Positions 36,401 to 47,941 of a DNA stretch of 64,000 bases are shown piece by piece. Position 1 is the first letter of the stretch, and every line of letters starts with the position of its first letter. Both the position numbers and the translations under genes were made by a program. This stretch comes from Camelus ferus (taxonomy: Eukaryota): contig NC_045696.1 of the NCBI RefSeq assembly GCF_009834535.1, positions 118,794,001 to 118,858,000 of the forward strand, in the 5' to 3' direction. The notes beneath the pieces are model-generated. The model had not been told where the DNA came from. It made no database searches and saw only the letters and a program-made list of their open reading frames with translations.

Positions 36401-39400
36401 CGGCGTGCAGGTCCCAAGGACAAGGCCGAGAGGTGTCTCTAAGACGCCAGGAGAGGACAGCCTGCTCAGGATAGGAGGGCGGAGCGGGCGGCACGGCCGG
36501 CACAGATGTCCCGGCCCGCGGCAGCCCATCCTCGGGGCGCTGCGCTCCCGCTCCCGGAGTCAGGGCTGCGGGCGCGGCACCCCCTGCGCTCCCCGCTCAG
36601 AGGAGGCAGCCCGCGCCCCTGACCCCACCTGCACCGGGTCCACACGGCCTTGGGAAGAGGACTGCCCCGCACAGCTGGCACGCGCAGCCCCCACGGCCCA
36701 AGGGTCTTCAGTCACCGGGGGCAGCACCTCCCCTGCGGCTCCCGAGAGCAACAGGTGGCCTGCAGACTGGCGGGACGCACGCTGTGACTTTCCTGGAAGA
36801 GTTCTGACTCGCTAAATAAATTTAGCGCAAGAATTTTTTTTTTAACTTCAAGGACGTCCAGATGCTTGGCCTTATCAGAATAAGCAGTGAAGCGGTGAAT
36901 TTATCTAGGTAATGTTCCAGGCACGACACTTAAGTTCCCTTCACAGCAGAAAAGCGGCTCTTCACTTTTTCCATCAGCCAGAAAGTCCACCTCCTCCGAG
37001 GGGCCGAGGGCTGCTACCCTTAGGTTACCTTCCATGAGCCTGGGTTGCTATTTTTGTGTCTTGTTAATTCAGCGGGGGAGGGAGGGCCTCCTGCCCAGCT
37101 GACAGGGACTCAACATGTGAAGGTCCCTGGGCGGAGGAGAGGAGGAGGATGGGGCGCGGGGCAGAGACCCGGCGCCCCCAGCCCAGCCATGCTGACACAG
37201 GGGTCGACTTTTTCACCTGGAAAAGGGAGGCACGAAGGGCGTCCACCGCACAGGAAAGTCGTGAGGGTAAACTAAGTTGATGTTACAAGTGCCTGGTGGC
37301 AAAGACAGAACTGTGCCAGTGTGAGGCATTATGTATGAGCTCACACACGGACTTTCCCAGTTTTTGGGTTTTTTTTTTTTTTTTTTTTTTTTTGGTTATG
37401 AATCGTCGCTACCACTGTGTTATGTCTTCATAACATCTCGCTTTAGGAATTTTAAACTTCTTTGAAAACATTAGGAAAATCAAGAAGTGGGCAGATAAAT
37501 TAACAGCGCTGTATTTCTATTTATAGACAATATAATGAAATGTAGAGAGTTAAGCCAATTCTCTTAAAACTCAAAACAATCTGAAAGTTCAGATTTTGTC
37601 TTCAATGGGATACTCTCTATGAGAATGAAATAATGTGTAATTTGCTATTTCATTAGTTAAAAACTGGATTGTCTTTTCAAGTCCACTGAAAAATACTAAA
37701 AATACAGAAACAGCTGTATTTAAAATGATTGTTTTTGCCTTAAGAGACTTTCTAAATTCTTCTCTGAATTTTTATCTTTGTCCAGAAAAACCTTTGTTTT
37801 TTTTTTTTTTCCTTCAGTATCACAGTCACTGCTTAGCTCATAACAGAACCTGTCATGACTCTGAGATTAAGACCTCAGTGGCTCTGCCCTGGTGGGGACG
37901 GAAACAGTCACGCCAACCCACCAGCTCCCAGTGCTGAAAAATCGTAAAAGTGATGGGCTGGGGGACAAGGCCCGGGGCCTGGGCTGAAGCATTTCCATTT
38001 GAAACAGTAAGTAAACCGAAGCCAGAGTGAAACAAATTAAAAATGTGAAACCAAAACATGATATTCAAATAAGGGAAAACAGAAATGTGAGTGATGGATG
38101 GTAAGCAGGGAGGGGTGGTTTAATGTGACCTTTAAAACGGGACAGAGTCCTTCCTTAGGGTTTTTAGGAAGGGGAGCGAGGAGTTGGACAGATTTATGAG
38201 TCAACTTGCGGGAACTGCGCAGATCTTTCTTATGCAAAGAACTGAAGGTAAAAGAGCGGCCATGGTATCATCCAGACCGACAGATCCTCCCCAAGTCTGC
38301 ACAGGTTTCTCTTACCACATCAGTCACTCCCAGAACACGGACCCAGGCGCCCAGAAGACACGTGAGGAATCCGGCAGACTGGATTTCATGCATTTCCTCT
38401 GTGAAAAGGGAGAGGCAGCTCCTCCGGGCCCGGGTGACATCCACAATCAGGCGGAGGCACAGCCCCTGAGTCTGAGCCCAGGACTCTGCACCTGCAGCTC
38501 CTGGTCCCCACAGAGCAGTGCCCCGAGCCCAGAACTGGGGCCCACGCCTCAGGCTTGAACCTCTGCAGAGAGAGCAGGGGAAGTTAGCCTCTCTGCGTCC
38601 TTGAGGCCCTTTTGTGGCTGGTTTTAAACATGACCCCAACAGTCTGCTCTGTTCAGATGCAGGAGAAAAGCCTAAGGCGAGGTTCCCAGTCCTCTGTACA
38701 CACACCACCAGCCGGGCTGCGAGCGCAGGTGCCTGACGGCTGCTCCCACTCTTGACGTGCCCCGGCCGGTCCAGTTCTCACACCTGTCTACTGATGCTGC
38801 CCGTGCACGCTCCACGGGGCTCTGGTGGCCGCAGCCCCACGGCATGTTTTGGGGCCGAGCTCCCACCCACCACTAAGGTGAACTGGGCCCCTGCAGTTGC
38901 GTTATGGGGGATGAGGGGGCATCACCTCAACAGACACAGACAAAGAGCTGACCGCACCTTTCCTTACACCTCTGTTCTCGTCTCCACCACCCAGGAAGCA
39001 CAGCCTCCTACTAAATGCTCCCCAGCGTGCCCTGGCCCAGCACTGTGGGCCACCAGGGACTTGCAGGCCTGCCAAGATACTGACCTCTGCAGCCCCCCAC
39101 TGTCCACCCCTGCCCTCACCATCGCTGGGCTGGGGCCTCCAGCCCCAGGCCTCCTCTGCAAACTTACCTGTACCATTCTATCATTCTCCCTCGGGGCCCT
39201 GGTTTACAAGAGGTTAAAAGTGCGCTTCTGAAGGAACACAATGTACAGGTCCTGTGGCCCCAGGTGCTCCTGAGAGCTGGACAACTCCACGTGGGGACAG
39301 GAGCTTTCTCACAGCCCATTACTCTGGTGACCTCTTCTAAGCCATCTTCCTCCCGGTTTTACCTTGCTGCCTGGCCACCAGGGTTGATGAGAACAGCAGG

Positions 39401-39471
39401 ATAAACGCACCCAGGTCAGGGTGCTGCCAGAAAGGAAGGACACTTCTCCTCTGCGTCTAAGGAACAACCTT

Positions 39472-39621
39472 GTTTTATTTTGGTGTTTTTGAAGGGGGGA
39501 AGTAATTAGGTTTATTTATTATTATTATTTTTTTTTTTTTTTTAATGGAGGTACTGGGGATTGAACCCAGGACCTCATGCACGCTAGGCACACGCTCTAC
39601 CACTGAGCTCTACCCTCCCCC
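39472..39621 (-). mobile_element. Camelid SINE
   Basis: GTACTGGGGATTGAACCCAGGACCTCATGCACGCTAGGC...CCACTGAGCTCTACCCTCCCC. Confidence 0.93.
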
Positions 39622-40220
39622 TTCTCTGCTCCTAAGTAAGGGTCCCAGCACAGCACAGTTTGTCTGTTTCTCTCCCTTTGCCTTCACTTTGTTGCTTCCA
39701 GGACCCTCGGGGTATCGCTCATCAAAGGCAGGTATTCTTTGAAGCGAAACAGGTATTGAACTATTTGAAAATATTCTTCGGCAATACTTCCTTCCCTAAC
39801 AAAGAATATGGGTGAGAAGACCCAGCTACTGACGCTGCAGAAAAGGAAACCTCTCCAGCTCTCAGCTTGGTAAATACCACGGCGCACTCAGCTTTCTCAC
39901 AGGCTGTAGACTGTCTCCCCCAAAGGATGTTAGAGTTCATTTCCACTCTGCCTCCTGTTTACCAGCGAGTACATACAACTGCCATTAGAGACGTATGTGT
40001 TAATAAGTGGGTCCCCATCCCAACCAGGAAGGCTCAACACCACTTCTCTGTGGCCAAACTGTGGGGTCCCCTCCAGTCTCTAGGGACTGAAGACCCTCCG
40101 AAGCCTTTGCACCCAGGACAAGGGGACCCCACTTCTCTTCTGGAATAGCAACTCAACTTGATTTGGAAGAGAGAGAAGTTGACCTAAAAGGATAAATAAG
40201 GTAAGTAATGATGATCTGCT

Positions 40221-40483
40221 TAGTGGTTGGCAGGGATTAAGGAGGAGGCAGAAGAGGGAAGTTGGTGAAGTTGTCTGTTTAAGGGGGACGTGTGGGAACC
40301 TGTGATAACAGGCATTTTCTGTATCTTGACTTGACCGATGCGAACGCCCTGCTGTGACAGAGCGCTACAGTTCTGCAGGATGGTACCTGAGGGAAACTGG
40401 GTGAAGTACACAGGATCGCTGTCTATCATTGCATACAGCTGCATGGGAATTTACAAAAATAAAATTTAATTTAAAAACAAATT
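40221..40483 (+). mobile_element. L1MC-like 3' end with preserved TSD
   Basis: TTCTGTATCTTGAC...GGGAAACTGGGTGAAG...ACAGCTGCATG, with TSD AA(T/C)GATGATCTGCT on both sides. Confidence 0.8.
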
Positions 40484-41215
40484 AACGATGATCTGCTAAT
40501 AGAGCTGCCAAGTCCTGGAGACAAAGCATTCACACCAAGTCACAAAGACTATGAACCTGCGACACTCATGTTCTCATGTTACTGCTCGGCAGTCTGTGAG
40601 ATATGTTTTATAGATGCTCTGGGAGCTCAAAGGTTCATCCTCCTAACCGCAAGCGTCCGTGTGGCCAGAGGAAAACACCACAGCACTCAGACGGGAGATG
40701 TTCCCCCAAAAGTCAGGACACACCTGTGCAGACTGCCAGCCCACCACCGTGGGGTGCACTGAAGCATCACCAGACTGTTCTCTTCCTCCTAGCATAAATG
40801 ACCTGGACAAAGAGACACCAGTCCGGCAAGTGTCAATTTATAAACTTCCATGAGTTAAACACTGTTTTTACTGCACATCACCACCCGAGGTAGTCAAAGG
40901 AAAATTGAGGACCCTTTTCAGCCAAGTGTGACATGTACAGTCACCTCTTAGTAGAAATAATGCTTGTGCCTCGGTCCAATTAGTTCTTTCAAAAAATATC
41001 CCCCTGCAGGGGCTCTTCTTCCACGATGCAGGATGTCATGGGTGCACAGATGTCTTTTCCCTCGTGTGGGATGGAAAAGGGCCAAGAGACAGACCAGGAG
41101 ACAGTGGCTGCACAGTGATGATCAATCTGGGTAGATTAAGGCTCCAAGTAATGAATCCAGGGCCTTTTTAGGTACTGACACAACATACTCCTTCATTTGG
41201 ATCAAAAATACATTC

Positions 41216-41752
41216 AACAGCCAAGACATGGAAACAACGTAAATGTCCATGGACAGATGACTGGATAAAGAAGATGTGGTGTATTTATATAAAGGAATAC
41301 TACTCAGCCATAAAAAAGAATAAAATAATGTCATTTGCAGCAACATGGATGGACCTGGAGATCATCATATAAGTGAAGTAAGCCAGAAAGAGAAAGAAAA
41401 ATACCATATGATATCACTCATAGTGAAATCTAAAAAAAGATACAAATGAACATATTTATAAAACAGAAACAGACTCACAAAGAAAACAAACTTATTGTTA
41501 CCAGGTAGGGAAGGGAGTGGGAGGGATAAACTGGGAGTTTGAGATGTGCAGATACTAACTACTATATATAAAACAGATAAACAACAAGTTCATACTGTAC
41601 AGCACAGGAAACTACATTCAAAATCCTGCAGTAACCCATAGTGAAAAAGAATATGAAAAGAATATATGTATGTACATGTATGACTGAAACATTATGCTAC
41701 ACACCAGAAATTGACACAATGCTGTATACTGAATATACTTCAATAAAAAAAA
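41216..41752 (+). mobile_element. Younger L1 3' end with canonical 3' UTR
   Basis: ORF2 end (ATGGATGGACCTGGAGATCATCAT) followed by the canonical AAAACAGAAACAGACTCACA 3' UTR and AATAAA-poly(A). Confidence 0.93.
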
Positions 41753-41929
41753 GAAAATACAGATTGAAGAGACTGATAAAAGCAGTGTCAGCATTTGGGA
41801 CCATGTTCTGCACATAGCAGTGTTTTTGTTTTGTCTGATTTTTTAAAAACTCAATAGGAAAAAATGATGATTCCAAAAAAATAAAATAAAATAAAGCAAA
41901 ACCTTCCTGTCTGGTTCAAAACAAAAATA

Positions 41930-41960
41930 TCTATCTGTCTGTCTGTCTGTCTGTCTGTCT
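41930..41960 (+). repeat. (TCTG)n microsatellite
   Basis: Read directly from the sequence. Confidence 0.9.
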
Positions 41961-42263
41961 ATGCTTCTGGTACAACGATTAGCACAGAGGACAGACCATC
42001 ATTTTCACATATAAATCGATTTCTCCAAATTTGACTTGCTAGAGGGGCGCTTGGCTGATATTCTATACATCCCCTCACAGAAAAGGCAACTCAGCTGGTT
42101 GAAGGCAAGGCTGCACTGAGGCCGCTGAAGTCTGAATCTTCCGCGCTGTGCCCTGCCAGCCACGGGAGCACCCATGTTTGTCACCTGGGGGATCCTGGGG
42201 CTGCCTGTTCTCTCGTATCTAACAGAGCTAAACAGTTTAAGTCCCAACATCTGAGAAAGGTTT

Positions 42264-42410
42264 CAGCAATTCTCACCCCTGGCTGCACCTGAAAATCTCC
42301 CAGGGTGCTTTAGGAAAATCACAGAAACTCTGATTTAATTGGACTGGGGTGAACCTTCAGATTAGCATGTTTCAGAATCCTGACAATTCCAGTGTGACCC
42401 ATTTTGACCC
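42264..42410. mobile_element. MER5-like hAT element
   Basis: CAGCAATTCTCACCCCTGGCTGCAC...CTCTGATTTAATTGGACTGGGGTG. Confidence 0.7.
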
Positions 42411-43074
42411 TGGCGTTCTTCCCACTGCAAAGAAAGTTTAGACCGGACAAGGTAAACGCTCAGCAGAGCCAAACAAATCTCTGCTGACCACCGGGGGTCC
42501 CAGGGAGACTGTTGTTCCGTGGTCAACCAACAACGCTCGCTTTTGTCTATAAACCTGGATAGCTGGCTTCTGTTTGTTAACTGGTTTTGAGACAAAAAGT
42601 GCTATCTAGAAAACGGCCTCACAGAGAACAGGTTCTCCACAATTGAGTGGTTCTCAAAGTCTTGTAGGAGCAGCACACTTTCGAGTATGAAACCTTTTGA
42701 GCGCACCTGGAGGGATTAAAACATGCAAAACCACACCAAACAAACTGGCAGAACTCCCAGCGGTCACCCCAGTGTGAGATGACCCCAGGGACCAACACAT
42801 CCCTCACTAGTATGTCAACCCCCACTCCCAGGCCCAGCTCATGACCTGTTCTCAACACAGTCCAGGAAAGACCCCGTCCCCATGCTATGCCAGTCCAGCC
42901 AGTGCCACCCCCCACCAACCTGCCCTCCACACCACTGCTCAGCTCAGGGCTCCATCAGGTCGCCCCCAGCTCCACTGCAGGAAAAAGACACTCTATACCC
43001 TGATCCACAGACAGCAGCACACTATGAAAGACGCTGTCCTAAATAGTGCAGGGTGAGGCAGCCAGTAAGTATCT

Positions 43075-43630
43075 GAATTTGGTTAATTTTCACAATTGCA
43101 CAAATCAACGTATTTAGTAAAGTATGCTATACCTCCAGAAAAATCACGAGTGCATACAGTTCAATAGATTTTTGCAAATTGTCCACTCTTAGAACCACCC
43201 TCAGATCCAGCAACCAAAAATCACTGACACCCAGAAGCCCCCTGGGTTCTGCGTCCTGGTCATTACCCTCAGATGTGACCACTATTATGGCTTCTGTCAC
43301 CACAAAGTGGCTTTTCTGATTTTGAACTTTATATAAATAGAATCATACAACATGTATTCTCTTGTGTCTGGTTTCTTTCCTTAAACATTATATTTGAGAG
43401 ACGAGAGACGTCCATGTAGCCGCCATCCACTCTTTTTTGTTCTCCCTATCTGTCTGTCTGTCTCTTTTTTCTTTATGGTATCCCATTGAATGATATGCTA
43501 CTTTGTAAGAAGAGCATCTGGGTTGTTCCCAGTTTAAGGCTGTTACAGCTAATGCTGCTACAAACCTTTTTGTACATATCTTTTGATATGCAAATAGACA
43601 ATAATGTCTGTTGGGTATCTACCCAGTAAG
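43075..43630 (-). mobile_element. Ancient L1ME-like 3' end
   Basis: TTTTGAACTTTATATAAATAGAATCATACAACATGTA...GGGTTGTTCCCAGTTT...GGGTATCTACCCAG. Confidence 0.85.
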
Positions 43631-44480
43631 GTAGACAGTGAACACAGAATAAGCAAATAGACCGATGTAACAAAACAGACTCCAAAACAAACCTACACGA
43701 ATAGAGTCACTCAACAAAGGGCCAATGTGGTATAATAGGGAAAAACGGTATTTTCAAATAAATGGTGCTGAATTAACTAACTGGAGATTTATATGGAAAG
43801 ATAATATTGACCCCCTACCTCACACCATACACAAAAATAAACTCCAGATCGTAGATCTAAATGTGAAAAACAAAGGTTCTAGAAGTTAATTACAGGAATA
43901 TCTTCATGGTCTAAAGCTAAGTAATGATACCTTAAACAGGACACAAAAAGGACAACCATAAAGAAAAATGCTGATGAACTGGATTTCACTAAAATTAGAA
44001 TTATTATTCATTCAGAAGTGCCACTTCAGACAGTGAGAAGACAAGTCACACACCAGGAGAAGAAATTTCCAATACACAAATCACAGAAAAGACACAGCCA
44101 GAAAACGTAAAAAAGTCCTACAAATCAATTTTTTAAAAATATAAAAACCCAATTATTAAAAAATAGGCAAAAGGGTTGAGTAGGTATTTTAGAAAGACTA
44201 TCCTAATGGCCAAGAAAACATATTAAAAAGTGCTCAACATCCCTTGTCATTTGGGAACTGCAACCTAAAAGCCACACTGAGATAGCATTACATAACTGTC
44301 TCAAATACGACTTAATAACAAACAAAAACCACCGACCATCCTGAGTATTAAAAAGCATTTAGAGCAACTAGAACTCACATAACCTGGTGGGTGTGTCAAC
44401 TGGGTTTAGCCGGTTAGGAAAACATGACAGGATGTCCTGAAGCTGAGCATACACATATTCTATGACAGTAATTCTACTCG
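43631..44480 (+). mobile_element. Ancient L1 ORF2 3' fragment, inverted relative to the adjacent piece
   Basis: CAAATAAATGGTGCTG, CCTACCTCACACCATACACAAAAATAAACTCCAGAT, AAAAGTGCTCAACATC; ends TATGACAGTAATTCTACTC. Confidence 0.85.
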
Positions 44481-46084
44481 TGACCCTATTTCCACATATA
44501 GGAAAACATTTTTGGGAATATACATAAACCAGAAAAAGTCCTGAAAGGGCCCTGAAGATTCTTTCAACAAACCACCAAAATCTCCACAGATAAAGAAGAG
44601 ATAAACACATCCTTAAAACCAGCATGACATCAGGAATCCTATTAGTCCCCATGTGAAAACCCCCGGAAAAGTCCATTGGTATTTAATATAATCTATTAGC
44701 ATGGACTCATAGAAATAAAAATCTTAGCAACTTGCCACATTTCCTTCAAGGATAGACATTCAACCATTTTAACTGTTTGAAAAATTACATCTACTTATGT
44801 CCACAGGACATCAGAGCTTAGGAGGACGATAAAAAATAGAAAGTAGCAGGGAACCATATGGAGACTCTCGCTTGTGACTCTAACGGTGGCTGCAAACCAG
44901 GTCACTTATCCCTCCGTGGCCACACTAATTGCTTAAGAGCAACAGACACTTCATCAGCAACGCTCGTAAAAGACAGCCTGCCCCTTCCCGGGCGTTTTCA
45001 AAGTGGAGAGCGGACACCTGCTACCCATCAGTCTCATGAGACAGGACTCGTGTCAGCCACCGCTATAGTATTTGGCTTGCTCTTAATCTTTACTATTTAT
45101 AGACGGAGTCTTCAGAGTATATGCCGGCACGCACAAGGTTGTACACATGCGGCTATCTATAGCAAAAAAAAAAAAAAAACCAAAAACAAATTCTCAAAAA
45201 TAGCCGTTTGGAAGACCACATCTTGTTCTATTAATACTCATATACTGCAGTATTACATAACAATTTTTTTCCAATTCTGTTATGCTAATATGCAAATAAA
45301 AGAACTCAACCATAGCTAGGAGCTAAATGTACTCATCAGGATGGCCCTGCGTAGCTCTAACTACAAAAGAATTTTACATGCTCTCTTTCCGTTCTGAAAA
45401 TCCCGTGAATTTACATTATTAATCACTTTAAAATCCAGCTGCTTGGCTTCTGGGATGGGAATATCTGCTATTCCCAAATTAGTCTATTTAGCATACTCCC
45501 AGAAGAAACCTGAATACTGAGTTCATAGCAATGTGTTGAAGGCATAAACATATTCTATCATTTTGTAATTATTTGACAATTCCAAAACAATAATGGAACA
45601 GATACTATAGAAAAAGTGCACCTAAAAACAAATTGTTACTAGCCATTATGTGTTTTACCTGCTAGGACCCTAAGAAGTATATAACTGTAAATCAAATTTT
45701 GTTAAAAAGAAAGAAAAGTGGAAAATGACCCTCTCCTAAAAAAAAAAAAAAAAAATTGCTTTGAAATCCATCCATGGAGAGAGGAGAGGAAACAAACAAA
45801 ACCCTGGTTTGTGGATCAGCCTAACCCTACGGCATAGTGGACAGGACCATGGCTATGGCTGTTTATTGATTAGGGACATGTTGGCCTCATCCCAAGATTC
45901 AGCCACAAAATGTCAAACTCTCCTAATCAAAAATCGGTCATCTATTTTAGGACTGATAGAAACTGCTATGATCGTGGAGCCAGAATGCCTTGGGCAAGGA
46001 GGAAAAATAAAGGGCAAGTCAAAGATGCGTTACAGAAGGTGAGGTGGGAGGAGGGGGTGGAGTAGGGCAAGTGTGGGCTTCCAC

Positions 46085-46260
46085 GTCCATCAAACTGCCT
46101 GAGCGCTGGCTCGGCCCAGACAAGCTCTGTGGCCTTGCTCAGGAATTCCCACACCTCGAGGAAGAGGTTTCCTTGTCCATAAAATTAGGGAATGAATGAT
46201 AATATCTCCTTGTAGGTGGGGGGAGTCTTGAGGCATGAGATGATGCACAGAAAGCATCTC
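46085..46260 (+). mobile_element. MIR
   Basis: AGCTCTGTGGCCTTG...GTTTCCTTGTCCATAAAATTAGGGA..ATAATATCT. Confidence 0.6.
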
Positions 46261-47229
46261 CAAGTATCTCTTCTTCACCTGGTTCTTGATTTGCAGCAAA
46301 AGGTAGTATTTCTCACATTATATGACAGAACATGCTGAGGGGTCAAGGATCCTACTTGTACAACTCTATATTCCTTACCTACTTTCTTTTTTAGCATTAA
46401 TTCCACAGCGCTTCTAAAAAATACCTTTTGACAGTCCAATATTAATGATGATAAAAGTTTAAGTAATTTAGTTCCTTAAAGATTAACAGGAACTAAAGCT
46501 ATCACTTACAGAAACCAAATACTAGAAAAGAGATCAAATATCTTAACAAACAATAAAGCTCGCTAGCCATGCTTTTTAAACTTCGACAGCAGAACATAAA
46601 TCAAAAGAAAATTCCAAAGGTCTAGTCTTATTTCAGGGGCACAAAAGGAACAGATCACTTATATTAACATCTTGCAGAACAATTCTGGAGCCAGCCAAAT
46701 TCCTGGACCCAACTTCAGTGAAGTTATTTCCTTCTGTTTGACTGTTCCCAAAACTCTGCACATGACACAAGTTTCTTCTTTGAAATACACAGCGCACCAA
46801 GCTTTATATCCCAAACAAAACCAGTTGGAGTTAAGTCTAAATAACATCTCCATCAAACTCCTAGGATGAGTCATGTCATTCGTGTCCGCTTCTTCATCCA
46901 TTCATACTTTCATTCCACAAATGCATACTTAAGTCCGTGCTTTCGCACAAGACGTTAAACTAGGTGTTCTCATAAATCCAAGGTGAAAAACATGAAATCT
47001 CCTATGAGGCAGAAGGAAACAGGGCTGTAGAGAGAGACAGGCAGAGTGCTGGCTGGAAGGCAGACAAAGAAACAGATCATTCTGAGCGGCGCTTCACTGA
47101 GCAAAACCCTAGGAAAGCATTCCAAGCTAAGAAAGGTAGATAAACAGGAAGGCCAGGTTCAGGCACAGAGAGCAGTTTCCCAGGGCTCCAGCAGAGGCTG
47201 TAACAAAGAGTTCGTGAAAAGCAGATAAG

Positions 47230-47350
47230 CAGGGTGACCAGGTCATTTCTCATCCAAACTGGGACACCTTTGGGCGCGGGAGGAGGCACTGTTAACGATT
47301 TTGTCAGGACAAAGGCTGCAAATCTGGACTGTCCCGGGCCATCTGGGTGC
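47230..47350 (+). mobile_element. MER81-like hAT-Blackjack element
   Basis: CAGGGTGACCA...TCCAAACTGGGACAC...GGACTGTCCCGGGC. Confidence 0.75.
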
Positions 47351-47659
47351 TTGGCTCCACAAAGCTAACGGTCAGTACCCTCTGCTCATTTAAGTGGGGC
47401 TGTCGAGATGCGTGCATGGTTGGCCTGAGACATCTGATCGAGGAAAGTACCAAAACAGAATCTTTCCCGCGGCACCTTCACAACAAGTCTGAGAAATTTA
47501 CCAGGGTACGTTCTCTGGATTTCAAACGATGAAACTTCCAAAATGTAGATGGCAGTGCTAGTGCTCTCCAACTCGGATGAAGCTACACTAGTCTGCTCAG
47601 CTCAGGGCCAACTCTATATGAAAAACTAAAAAGCAGAAAATCAAACATACTAGGTACCG

Positions 47660-47870
47660 CCCATTGAGTACTTATTACAGTCCACACGCTGATCTGAACA
47701 TTCCACGCACATCGTCTCATTTAATCTTCACAGCAACACGATGGGGTGGGTATTCTAATTTAGAGATGAGTGAACGCAACGTGCAGACTTCCATATCGTA
47801 CCCAAGGCTAACAGAAAGAAGAGAGGGAGCCACAACCTGATCCAAGCAGCTAACTTCACACCCTCTATTT
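47660..47870 (-). mobile_element. MIR
   Basis: ATTGAGTACTTA...TCTCATTTAATCTTCACAGCAAC...TTTAGAGATGAG. Confidence 0.75.
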
Positions 47871-47941
47871 TTCCCACCAGTATCCTGCCTCCTGAATCAT
47901 CCAGATGTGCAAGTCCTGAGTACAGACCAAGCCCCAGGGTG

